This document shows positions 7,903 through 15,700 of a DNA stretch of 35,317 bases, piece by piece. Each line of letters starts with the position of its first letter. The stretch's first letter is position 1. The translations under genes were made by a program, and so were the position numbers. Origin of the DNA: an uncultured Chlamydiae bacterium (GTDB lineage Bacteria > Chlamydiota > Chlamydiia > Chlamydiales > SM23-39); contig CAISYW010000004.1 in the NCBI GenBank assembly GCA_903889795.1, positions 1 through 35,317 of the forward strand, given 5' to 3'. Under the pieces are notes generated by a model. The model did not search any database, was not told the origin of the DNA, and worked only from the letters and a program-made list of their open reading frames with translations.

Positions 7903-9336
7903 ATGCTTGAAATCACGACATTAATTGTCTATTTCTCTCTTCTTTTGGCCGTTGCTTTTTTTTCATATCAAAAACAGCGGTCCGATACCGATTTCGTGAT
8001 CGGCAACCGCTCGATGAATTTTTGGCTAACCGCCCTCTCCGCTCATGCGAGCGATATGAGCAGTTGGCTCTTCCTCGGCTACCCTGCCATGATTTTTACC
8101 AACGGACTCATTGGTGCTTGGGCAGCCATCGGACTGACTTTTTTCATGTTTCTCAATTGGCATTTTATTGCCCCGCGTATCCGCACCGCTACCGAGCAAT
8201 TCAATAGCGTAACAATCAACGCCTATTTCGAAAGCCGTTTTGCCGATCGCTCCGGATCAATCCGTCTCATTTCCGCCGTCATGTCCATTCTTTTCTTTAC
8301 TATCTATATCTCATCCGGACTAGTTGCCTTAGGCGTTCTCGTTGAATCGCTGTTCAACATGCCCTATACGATCGGAATCTCCATCGGCCTTTTAATCGTC
8401 GTCGTCTATGTTTTTATGGGTGGATATCGCACAATTGCCTGGATCGACGTCTTTCAAGGCTTTTTTCTCTTGGCTGTAATCGTATTTATTCCCACGATTT
8501 TGCTTATGCAAATCGGAGGAATTCACCCCGTAATGAATGCCGCTGCAGCTCAAAAACTCTCAACGTCGCTTTTCCCCGACTTCAGCGGCCGCACATTGCT
8601 ATACATTATTCTCACAGCTGCAGGCTGGGGCCTAGGATATTTTGGCCAACCTCAGATCATCACCAAGTTCATGGGCATTCGCCATGTAAGTGAGATGAAC
8701 AAAGCCAAATGGCTCGGAATCAGCTGGCAATTTACCGCACTGACCGCCGCGACTCTCGTTGGTCTCATCGGCATCTACTTTTTCCCTTCCGGTCTCGATG
8801 ATCCCCAGCGAGTTATTTTAAATATCGTGCAAACGACCTTGCCTGCTTTTTTTGCCGTGTTGGTGCTCTGCGCAATCTTGGCTGCCTCAACCAACGTCAT
8901 GGCCGCTCAAATTCTCGTCGTCGCCTCCAATCTATCAGAAGATTTTTACAAAAGAATTCTTCGAAAAGAAGCGACTCCATCCGAACTGCTGCGGGTATCG
9001 AGGATCAGTGTTTTGATTATTGCTGTGATTGCTTTTGTCATCGCCTATTTCAAAATCTCTACGATCTATCGTCTCGTTCTTTACTCTTGGTCCGGCCTTG
9101 GCGCTTCGTTTGGTCCCCTTCTTTTGCTTTCCCTCTATCGAAAATCGATCAACCGATATGGCGCCTTCGTGGGAATACTCGTCGGCGGCTTAACCGCAGC
9201 GATCTGGCCTTATGTCGAAAATTTCTATCACTGGGAAACCCCCAGCTCACTCGTTGCGGGTTTCATTTTGAGTCTTTTCTCGATTGAGATTGTCTCTTAC
9301 TTCACACGTCAAAGAACAACAATAAAAAACAATTAA
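7903..9336 (+). CDS. putP: Sodium/proline symporter (SSS family)
   Basis: ALSAHASDMSSWLFLGYP, WGLGYFGQPQI and SWSGLGASFGP motifs, with many TM helices. Confidence 0.92.
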   Translation: MLEITTLIVYFSLLLAVAFFSYQKQRSDTDFVIGNRSMNFWLTALSAHASDMSSWLFLGYPAMIFTNGLIGAWAAIGLTFFMFLNWHFIAPRIRTATEQFNSVTINAYFESRFADRSGSIRLISAVMSILFFTIYISSGLVALGVLVESLFNMPYTIGISIGLLIVVVYVFMGGYRTIAWIDVFQGFFLLAVIVFIPTILLMQIGGIHPVMNAAAAQKLSTSLFPDFSGRTLLYIILTAAGWGLGYFGQPQIITKFMGIRHVSEMNKAKWLGISWQFTALTAATLVGLIGIYFFPSGLDDPQRVILNIVQTTLPAFFAVLVLCAILAASTNVMAAQILVVASNLSEDFYKRILRKEATPSELLRVSRISVLIIAVIAFVIAYFKISTIYRLVLYSWSGLGASFGPLLLLSLYRKSINRYGAFVGILVGGLTAAIWPYVENFYHWETPSSLVAGFILSLFSIEIVSYFTRQRTTIKNN

Positions 9337-9346
9337 ATGGACCATT

Positions 9347-10171
9347 ATGACGCGCCCTTTCATCCTCATCACCAATGACGACGGAATTCAAGCACTAGGT
9401 ATTAAACATCTGTGGCACGCGATTCGCGATTTCGCTGACGTAGCCATCGTTGCTCCCTATTCGGAAAAATCGGGCAGCAGCATCTCCTTTACCTGGACCA
9501 AACCTCTCGACATCAGCGAATATGCCTGGGAAGACGCCACACCCGCTTGGACTGTCAATGACGGCACCCCTGCCGATTGTGTAAAAATGGCTATGAGCGT
9601 ACTGCTAACCCGGCGTCCCCATCTCATCGTATCCGGAGTCAATCGTGGCTCGAATGCCGGACGAACCGTTCTGTATAGCGGGACCATTGGAGGCGTAATA
9701 GAAGGAGTGATGCGCAATATTCCGGGGATCGCCTTTTCGTTTTCAGACACCAACTTCCCCGCATTAGGCACTGCCAAATCCACCATTTCTGCCATTGTCA
9801 AACACTTTTTAGCTTCTCCCCTCCCCTTCGGATCGTTTATGAATGTAAACTTTCCCTCTAAATTCGAACAAGGCGTTAAAGGCATTCGGATGGCTCGGCA
9901 AGGCCGCAGTTATTGGATTGAAAATCCCGATAAACGCCGTCATCCCGGCGGGAGCACTTATTATTGGCTCGGAGGTCAATGGGAAAAGCATGAAGAAGCC
10001 ACCGACAGCGACATCGCTTTACTACAGCAAGGTTATGTCACCATTGCGCCCATTCATGTCGGCGATCTCACAGATCAACAACTTCTGCAAAAACACAGCG
10101 ACTCGATCCAACAGATTGTTCCATGTTGTAAGACAGATGTTGAGGAAAAAGATCTTTTCAGCCTAAAATAA
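9347..10171 (+). CDS. surE: 5'/3'-nucleotidase SurE
   Basis: ILITNDDGI, GTPADCV, VSGVNRGSNAG and YSGTIG motifs. Confidence 0.95.
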   Translation: MTRPFILITNDDGIQALGIKHLWHAIRDFADVAIVAPYSEKSGSSISFTWTKPLDISEYAWEDATPAWTVNDGTPADCVKMAMSVLLTRRPHLIVSGVNRGSNAGRTVLYSGTIGGVIEGVMRNIPGIAFSFSDTNFPALGTAKSTISAIVKHFLASPLPFGSFMNVNFPSKFEQGVKGIRMARQGRSYWIENPDKRRHPGGSTYYWLGGQWEKHEEATDSDIALLQQGYVTIAPIHVGDLTDQQLLQKHSDSIQQIVPCCKTDVEEKDLFSLK

Positions 10172-10201
10172 TCTCACGTTTTTGGACGATCTCGTCCTTG
10201 A

Positions 10202-10274
10202 GGGCGTATAGCTCAGTTGGTAGAGCTCCTGTCTTACACACAGGTGGTCATAGGTTCGAGTCCTTTTGCGCCCA
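10202..10274 (+). tRNA. tRNA-Val(TAC)
   Basis: GGGCGTATAGCTCAGTTGGTAGAGC-CCTGTCTTACACACAGG-GGTTCGAGTCC-TGCGCCCA. Confidence 0.96.
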
Positions 10275-10286
10275 AAGTTTTTTTTT

Positions 10287-10360
10287 GCGGGAGTAGCTCA
10301 ATTGGTTAGAGCGCCGCCCTGTCACGGCGGAGGTTGCGGGTTCGAGCCCCGTCTCTCGCG
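10287..10360 (+). tRNA. tRNA-Asp(GTC)
   Basis: GCGGGAGTAGCTCAATTGGTTAGAGCGCCGCCCTGTCACGGCGGAGGTTGCGGGTTCGAGCCCCGTCTCTCGCG. Confidence 0.97.
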
Positions 10361-10611
10361 TTTTTCATAACGCTACATTACGATTTATTTTGTTGAAAAC
10401 GATGAAAGGTTTTGACGAGCAAATAATTTAATATTTGAACGAATTACCTAACTGGTTAATCAAGAATAAATTGAATCATCAAAAACCCCCAAAAAAAATC
10501 GACATGGCAACGAAAAACATGTTGTAAATCTGTGCTTGAACAGATTTTTTTCATATAAAGTCGTAAACGTTTTCTTTTACTAAATTTTTCTTTTGGTTAT
10601 TTCAAGGATAT

Positions 10612-11532
10612 ATGACTGATAAATTTTCGCCTTCCCGATCGCTAGTTCACTATCTGATCAGCTTCTGCGGAATTACGCTAGGAGCTTTGTTAGCTGCGCT
10701 CGCCATCCGCATTTTTTTAATCCCAAACGAATTAATTGACGGAGGCGTCATTGGTATCGCATTGATCCTCGGTCGATTATTTGGCAATTCCTACCTCTCC
10801 TATTTTCTGATCGCCTTAAATATTCCATTTTTGTTTCTTGCCTGGCGCTACATACGGCGTTCGTTTGTTATTTACATGCTGGTCGCCACTATTATTTTTG
10901 CCCTCTTTTTGTCAATCTTGCAGAAGATTCCCACCTTTGCAGCGGACCCCCTTGAAGCAATCGTGATTGGCGGCGTAATGCTAGGCGCCGGAGCAGGCCT
11001 TATTATCCGCAATGGCGGCTGCACGGATGGCACAGAAATTCTCGCCATTATTATCAACCGCAAAAAAGGGTTCACGGTTGGACAGGTCGTTCTTTTCATT
11101 AATATTTTCATCTTCTCAGCCTATGGCTGGATTTTTCACGACTGGCACATTGCCCTCCGCTCTCTGATGACCTATATCGTTGCGTTTAAAATGATCGATA
11201 TCGTGATCGCAGGACTCGAAGAACTCAAGTCCGTACTCATCATGTGTTCGCATCCGGAAAAACTGAGTAAAATCATCACCCATGAGCTAGGGTTAGGCCT
11301 CACCTTCATAAAAGGTAAGGGCGGATACTCAGGCGAAGACCGCGATATTTTATTTATCATCGTCGAGCGACTCGATTTGGCTGAATTAAAAGAAATTGTC
11401 CTAAGAGAAGACCCTTCGGCTTTTATGGCGATCGAAAACTTGCATGAAGTCGCCTACGGACGAACGGCCCGCATCGCCTTAAGCCGCAAAGCACGCAGCA
11501 GCTTTACGAAAAGACTGATTGGGAAAAGATAA
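10612..11532 (+). CDS. YitT family membrane protein (DUF161/DUF2179)
   Basis: FLIPNELIDGGVIGIA, GGCTDGTEILA, GKGGYSG and EDPSAFM motifs. Confidence 0.9.
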   Translation: MTDKFSPSRSLVHYLISFCGITLGALLAALAIRIFLIPNELIDGGVIGIALILGRLFGNSYLSYFLIALNIPFLFLAWRYIRRSFVIYMLVATIIFALFLSILQKIPTFAADPLEAIVIGGVMLGAGAGLIIRNGGCTDGTEILAIIINRKKGFTVGQVVLFINIFIFSAYGWIFHDWHIALRSLMTYIVAFKMIDIVIAGLEELKSVLIMCSHPEKLSKIITHELGLGLTFIKGKGGYSGEDRDILFIIVERLDLAELKEIVLREDPSAFMAIENLHEVAYGRTARIALSRKARSSFTKRLIGKR

Positions 11533-11560
11533 TAAAGGAGACGCTGAATAAGTGCTGTTT

Positions 11561-11675
11561 TGAAGATCGAGAGCGATTTTCGTAGTGAGATTGAGTTTGG
11601 AGCACGACGCTAACTTCTTGCAAGTTAGCAGAGTGCGAAAACTCGATCGGAACAGAAAACTCGCCTCGAGATTCA
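11561..11675. repeat. Long imperfect intergenic hairpin (RPE/MITE-like)
   Basis: Nested pairs tgaa/ttca, tcgag/ctcga, gcga/tcgc, gagttt/aaactc, gcac/gtgc around core gctaactt-cttgc-aagttagc (11609-11629). Confidence 0.65.
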
Positions 11676-11678
11676 TTC

Positions 11679-12419
11679 ATGACTTATTCAGCGTTTCCTG
11701 AAAGAGACGCCTACATGATTGATGATGACGAATACGCCCAAGAACATATGAAGCCTCATAAGAGAATTCATTCTCTCGATTCCTGGCGTATTTTCCGCAT
11801 CATGTCGGAATTTGTCGACGGCTTTGAAACGATGACCTTTCTCGGTCCTTCCGTTGCCATTTTCGGATCAACCAACCCCAATCCCATAAATCCCCATTAT
11901 TATGAACTGACCACTCAACTGGCAGAAAAAATTGTCAAGAAAGGCTTTGCTATAATTACGGGCGGCGGCCCGGGTATCATGGAATGCGCAAATAAGGGGG
12001 CGCAAATGGGGGGCGGCAAATCATGCGGTCTCTGCATTAACCTTCCCAGCGAGGGAAAGCAAAATCCCTATATCGACCCCAAATATAAACTCGAGTTTCG
12101 CTATTTTTTCGTTCGAAAAGTAATGTTTGTTCGTTATGCGCAAGCCTTTGTCGTAATGCCGGGCGGCTTTGGCACTCTCGACGAACTCTTCGAAGCCCTG
12201 ACTCTCATTCAAACGGGCAAAATCAAATATTTTCCGGTTTATCTTGTCGGCAAAGATTATTGGAAAGGTCTTCTCGATTGGCTTCGCAATACGGTAATGG
12301 AGAATAATAACATTAAAAAAATTGATTTCGATCTCATTCGCCTTTCCGACGATCCCGATGAAATTGCCGAAGGCATTGAAAAGCACTACAGACAGACAAA
12401 GTCGATCGAAAACTTTTAA
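11679..12419 (+). CDS. LOG family nucleotide monophosphate nucleosidase-like protein (TIGR00730 type)
   Basis: ITGGGPGIME, FRYFFVRKVMFV and MPGGFGTLDELFEALTL motifs. Confidence 0.92.
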   Translation: MTYSAFPERDAYMIDDDEYAQEHMKPHKRIHSLDSWRIFRIMSEFVDGFETMTFLGPSVAIFGSTNPNPINPHYYELTTQLAEKIVKKGFAIITGGGPGIMECANKGAQMGGGKSCGLCINLPSEGKQNPYIDPKYKLEFRYFFVRKVMFVRYAQAFVVMPGGFGTLDELFEALTLIQTGKIKYFPVYLVGKDYWKGLLDWLRNTVMENNNIKKIDFDLIRLSDDPDEIAEGIEKHYRQTKSIENF

Positions 12420-12476
12420 CCCCAAATCCGATTTTTCAAGCAGCTTGTATATACAGCCGTAGAAATATTTACTTAT

Positions 12477-12644
12477 GGAGTTGTCAAACAATAAGTTAAA
12501 GCATTACAAGGCCATTATACCGGATCATTTTTCACATGTTCTTGCGCAGAAGATATTGAACAAGAATATCTTCTACGCAAGAACATGTGAAACCTGAACC
12601 AGTCTAAGACCTTTTAATGCTATAACTTATTATTTGACATCTCC
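12477..12644. repeat. 168-bp imperfect palindrome
   Basis: Outer arms ggagttgtcaaacaataagttaaagcatta / taatgctataacttattatttgacatctcc (3 mismatches). Inner arms 12530-12557 / 12565-12592 (27/28) with a 7-nt loop. Confidence 0.92.
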
Positions 12645-12741
12645 TAACTCGTCTTATCCATACCATATACTTTTTAATTTAAATTACAAAAAAAACCCAA
12701 AAAAACTTATTATGTTCCACCTTTACAGCTAACGCAAAAAC

Positions 12742-14040
12742 ATGACATTAAAAAATGTTATCTTCAAGGATCCTCAGGTTGGATATTGCATAGCAAATCT
12801 AAGTATTGCTGAAGGCCGTATTCAAAAAATCGAGATACTTGATCGTTCGTTAAAAGATTTAAGCCAGGTTGATTTTTACGTCACACCGGGATTTGTTAAT
12901 TCTCATTTACACCCCAATCAACTCCTCGACCGACGATTGCTGGATGAGCTGAATATCTCCCAGCTTATTGACTGCATGCATGGGGATTACAAAAAAACTG
13001 ATCAGATACGTTATGCGCAAGCCGTTTTTGTTTTGATGGATGCAATCAAATCCGGGACCACATCTATTTATGCGGTAGCCAGCAATCCTTATCCTGTAAT
13101 CGATGCTTTCAAGAAATTACGAATAAAAGGCGCAGTGGCTTGTTTTTATAACGACCGATGGGAAGGCTTCGGAACACCCCCGGCTCTTTCTTTGCTTCAT
13201 GCCATCGAAGAGCAATTCAAGCAGGTCGTCAAAGAGAAAAACGAGCGTTTTGCGATTCACATCGGTTCCGCCTCTGTAGAGAGCGCTTCTAACGAATTAT
13301 TAGTCTTGATGGATCGCTTGGCAAAAGACTTTGCAAGTAAAGTCAATATTCATGTGTGCGAAGGGTGGGATTCTGTCCGCTCCTGCATGAATTCGCGGCA
13401 ACTTTCGCCGATTCATTTATTATCGCAGTTAAATGTTTTAGGTTCGCACTGGAACTTAATTCATGCTGCATCGCTTAATCCGGAAGAAATTGCTCTTATT
13501 GCTAAACATCAAGCGTCCGTTATTCATTGCCCTGTCAGCAATGCCAAAACCGGCGTTGGTATAGCACCCGTAATCGAGTTGATGAATCGAGGCGTCAGAA
13601 TTGGACTGGGAACCGATGCCTGCAGCAACAACAACACGAACAACATCCTCAACGAAGCCTATTTTGCCTCATTGATTCATGCGGCTGATCAACAAAATGC
13701 CAAGGCGCTCTCAGTTGAGACCCTAATGCAATGGATAACAACCCGGGGTCACGAAATTATCGGGACAGGTCAACAAGGAACCATTTCTGTTGGAGAACCC
13801 GCAGATTTGCTGCTCTGGTCACTTCATGAAAATTCCTTCGTGCCTCTCGCTTATGGCAAATTCGATGCGGCGCTGATCTATAATGCTCCCGATCTAAAAC
13901 CTCATACAGTGATAATTGATGGAGTCATCGTCGTTGAAAATTATACGTTTACACTACTTTCTGAGAAAGAAATCAGAGAAGAAGCCAATCAATGTGGCTT
14001 TAATATGCAAACATTTATGAACGGAAATATCTGCAAATGA
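12742..14040 (+). CDS. Amidohydrolase-superfamily metal-dependent deaminase (COG0402, MTA/SAH-, cytosine- or guanine-deaminase-like)
   Basis: PGFVNSHLH (HxH), IHVCE (HxxE), LIHA, HCPVSNAK, GLGTDA and GEPADL motifs. Confidence 0.88.
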   Translation: MTLKNVIFKDPQVGYCIANLSIAEGRIQKIEILDRSLKDLSQVDFYVTPGFVNSHLHPNQLLDRRLLDELNISQLIDCMHGDYKKTDQIRYAQAVFVLMDAIKSGTTSIYAVASNPYPVIDAFKKLRIKGAVACFYNDRWEGFGTPPALSLLHAIEEQFKQVVKEKNERFAIHIGSASVESASNELLVLMDRLAKDFASKVNIHVCEGWDSVRSCMNSRQLSPIHLLSQLNVLGSHWNLIHAASLNPEEIALIAKHQASVIHCPVSNAKTGVGIAPVIELMNRGVRIGLGTDACSNNNTNNILNEAYFASLIHAADQQNAKALSVETLMQWITTRGHEIIGTGQQGTISVGEPADLLLWSLHENSFVPLAYGKFDAALIYNAPDLKPHTVIIDGVIVVENYTFTLLSEKEIREEANQCGFNMQTFMNGNICK

Positions 14041-14597
14041 GTCAAAAAACACAGAGAAAGCTCGCGCTCTTAGGTAATACAGGAGTCGGCAAAGACACCT
14101 TTGTAAGGATTTTTCAAAAGCGATATGCATATCTTTCGATGCATTTGATTAAGTTGGCAACGCCGCTCTATGAGGGGCAAAATGCGATCTATGAGCTTTG
14201 CGGCAGAAAAATTGAACGGGAAGTTCAAGATGGAATTCTATTAAACTTTTTAGGGAATCACATGCGCCGCATCAATCCCGATGTGATCAAAGAGTGCTTT
14301 TTAAGAGACCTACATAAAAAAGGGCAAGAACCTGACTTAATCATCTGTCATGACACTCGTCCTCTTGATGTGTCCTTTGTCAGAGATGCGGGATTTTTTG
14401 TTTTGAATATTGCATCGGATTCAGAAATTGCCTTAGAACGCCGGAAAGCGCGCGGAGATTTATCCTTAGGGTCATCCGATCATCATACTGAAAAAGGGCT
14501 CTCAAGCGAGCTGTATGATGCACAGATTTTAAACAACGGAACTTTAGAAGACTTCGAACAAAAGATTGTAAAATTCATAGATGGGTGGTTTCTATGA
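14037..14597 (+). CDS. P-loop nucleotide monophosphate kinase (dNMP kinase-like)
   Basis: Walker A GNTGVGKDT, LATPLY, LLNFLG..MR, HDTR, HHTE and ILNNGTLEDF. ATGA overlap with the upstream gene. Confidence 0.78.
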   Translation: MSQKTQRKLALLGNTGVGKDTFVRIFQKRYAYLSMHLIKLATPLYEGQNAIYELCGRKIEREVQDGILLNFLGNHMRRINPDVIKECFLRDLHKKGQEPDLIICHDTRPLDVSFVRDAGFFVLNIASDSEIALERRKARGDLSLGSSDHHTEKGLSSELYDAQILNNGTLEDFEQKIVKFIDGWFL

Positions 14598-15139
14598 TTC
14601 TCACTGGTCAAGAAATAAAAAAACAAGTAGCTCTCAAGCGAATTCATATATCGCCTTTTATAAAAAACAACATCAATCCGAATAGCTACAATTATTGTTT
14701 GGCTTCAGAATTGCTCGAAATTATCGATAATCCCATCGACCCCAAGTCTGAGCAGCAATTTCGCAAAATTCAGATATCGGAAGAAGGGTATGTTCTTCAA
14801 CCGGGCCATCTTTATCTTGGCAGTACAATGGAAGAAATCGGCAGCGATTATTACGTCACAAGCTTGATTGGACGCTCATCCGTTGGAAGATTGGGAATAT
14901 TTGTACAAATTACCGCAGATTTAGGGCATCTGGGCGCCAAGCACCGCTGGACTCTTGAACTTAAAGTTGTACAACCGGTGATTTGTTATCCCGGAATGAA
15001 AATCGGCCAGGTCAGTTTCTGGAGCGTTAAAGGAGAAACGAAGCAGCTTTACCAAGGTAAATATGCTGAATATTCAAGTGCGCACCGCAGCGAAATCCAT
15101 CGAGAACTATCCTTAACAACAAATGAGATAACACTATGA
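14594..15139 (+). CDS. dcd: dCTP deaminase/dUTPase-fold protein, paralog A (Glu retained, motif Asp replaced by His)
   Basis: MILTG, INPNSYN, GRSSVGRLG, TADLGHLG, WTLE, YPGMKIGQ and YQGKY. Start set at ATG 14594 (ATGA overlap). Confidence 0.82.
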   Translation: MILTGQEIKKQVALKRIHISPFIKNNINPNSYNYCLASELLEIIDNPIDPKSEQQFRKIQISEEGYVLQPGHLYLGSTMEEIGSDYYVTSLIGRSSVGRLGIFVQITADLGHLGAKHRWTLELKVVQPVICYPGMKIGQVSFWSVKGETKQLYQGKYAEYSSAHRSEIHRELSLTTNEITL

Positions 15140-15651
15140 TCCTTAGTGGAATGAAAATTCAAGAGAAGGTTTTTTCAAACGAAATCACAATTGATCCATT
15201 TTTTCCTTCTCAAATCAACCCCAACTCCTACAACTTTCGACTTGGAAAGACGTTAAAAGTCTATGACGATGAAATCCTCGACCCGAAAAAAGAAAATAAG
15301 ACACGATTAATTGAGATTCCGTCGGAAGGATATCTTTTAGAGCCGACGAAACTTTATTTGGGTCACACCGAAGAGATCATGGGGAGCAATCTCTATGTTC
15401 CAATTATTCGCGGACGTTCTTCAATCGGCCGAATTGGCCTTTTTATCCACATTACCGCCGATTTGATCGATATAGGCTCAATTAATCAATGGACTTTGCA
15501 AATGCATTGCGTTCAGCCTTTACGAGTTTATTCCGGTATGTTAATAGGTCAGGTAACTTTCTGGACGGTGGAAGGCGAAATCAAGCTTTATAACGGAAAA
15601 TATCAAGGAAGCCGCGGACCAATGTCTTCGCAAATCCACCAAGATTTTTGA
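15136..15651 (+). CDS. dcd: dCTP deaminase/dUTPase-fold protein, paralog B (Asp retained, Glu replaced by Gln)
   Basis: MILSG, INPNSYNFRL, GRSSIGRIG, TADLIDIG, WTLQ and YNGKYQG. ATGA overlap. Confidence 0.82.
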   Translation: MILSGMKIQEKVFSNEITIDPFFPSQINPNSYNFRLGKTLKVYDDEILDPKKENKTRLIEIPSEGYLLEPTKLYLGHTEEIMGSNLYVPIIRGRSSIGRIGLFIHITADLIDIGSINQWTLQMHCVQPLRVYSGMLIGQVTFWTVEGEIKLYNGKYQGSRGPMSSQIHQDF

Positions 15652-15700
15652 CTGATTAATCAAAGGAAAAAAAGAAAACAAACAGAAGGGGATTAACAAC

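Noticed and set aside
7290-7910. 206-aa plus-strand ORF
   Set aside because: Antisense shadow of the OMP gene, which has a signal peptide and terminal Phe. No motifs of its own.
9347-12419. surE and LOG as members of the nucleotide operon
   Set aside because: They are thematically related but separated by tRNAs, YitT and the 168-bp palindrome. Both are common housekeeping genes and there is no coupling evidence.
12477-12644. Possible CRISPR array or attC cassette site
   Set aside because: It is a single inverted repeat, with no direct repeat-spacer periodicity and no cas or integrase gene in the window.
12742-15651. Assignment to known defence systems (AvcD/dCTP deaminase defence, Kongming)
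   Set aside because: The deaminases here are amidohydrolase-fold and dUTPase-fold, not the zinc CDA fold fused to a kinase. No HAM1 or Sir2 partner is present.
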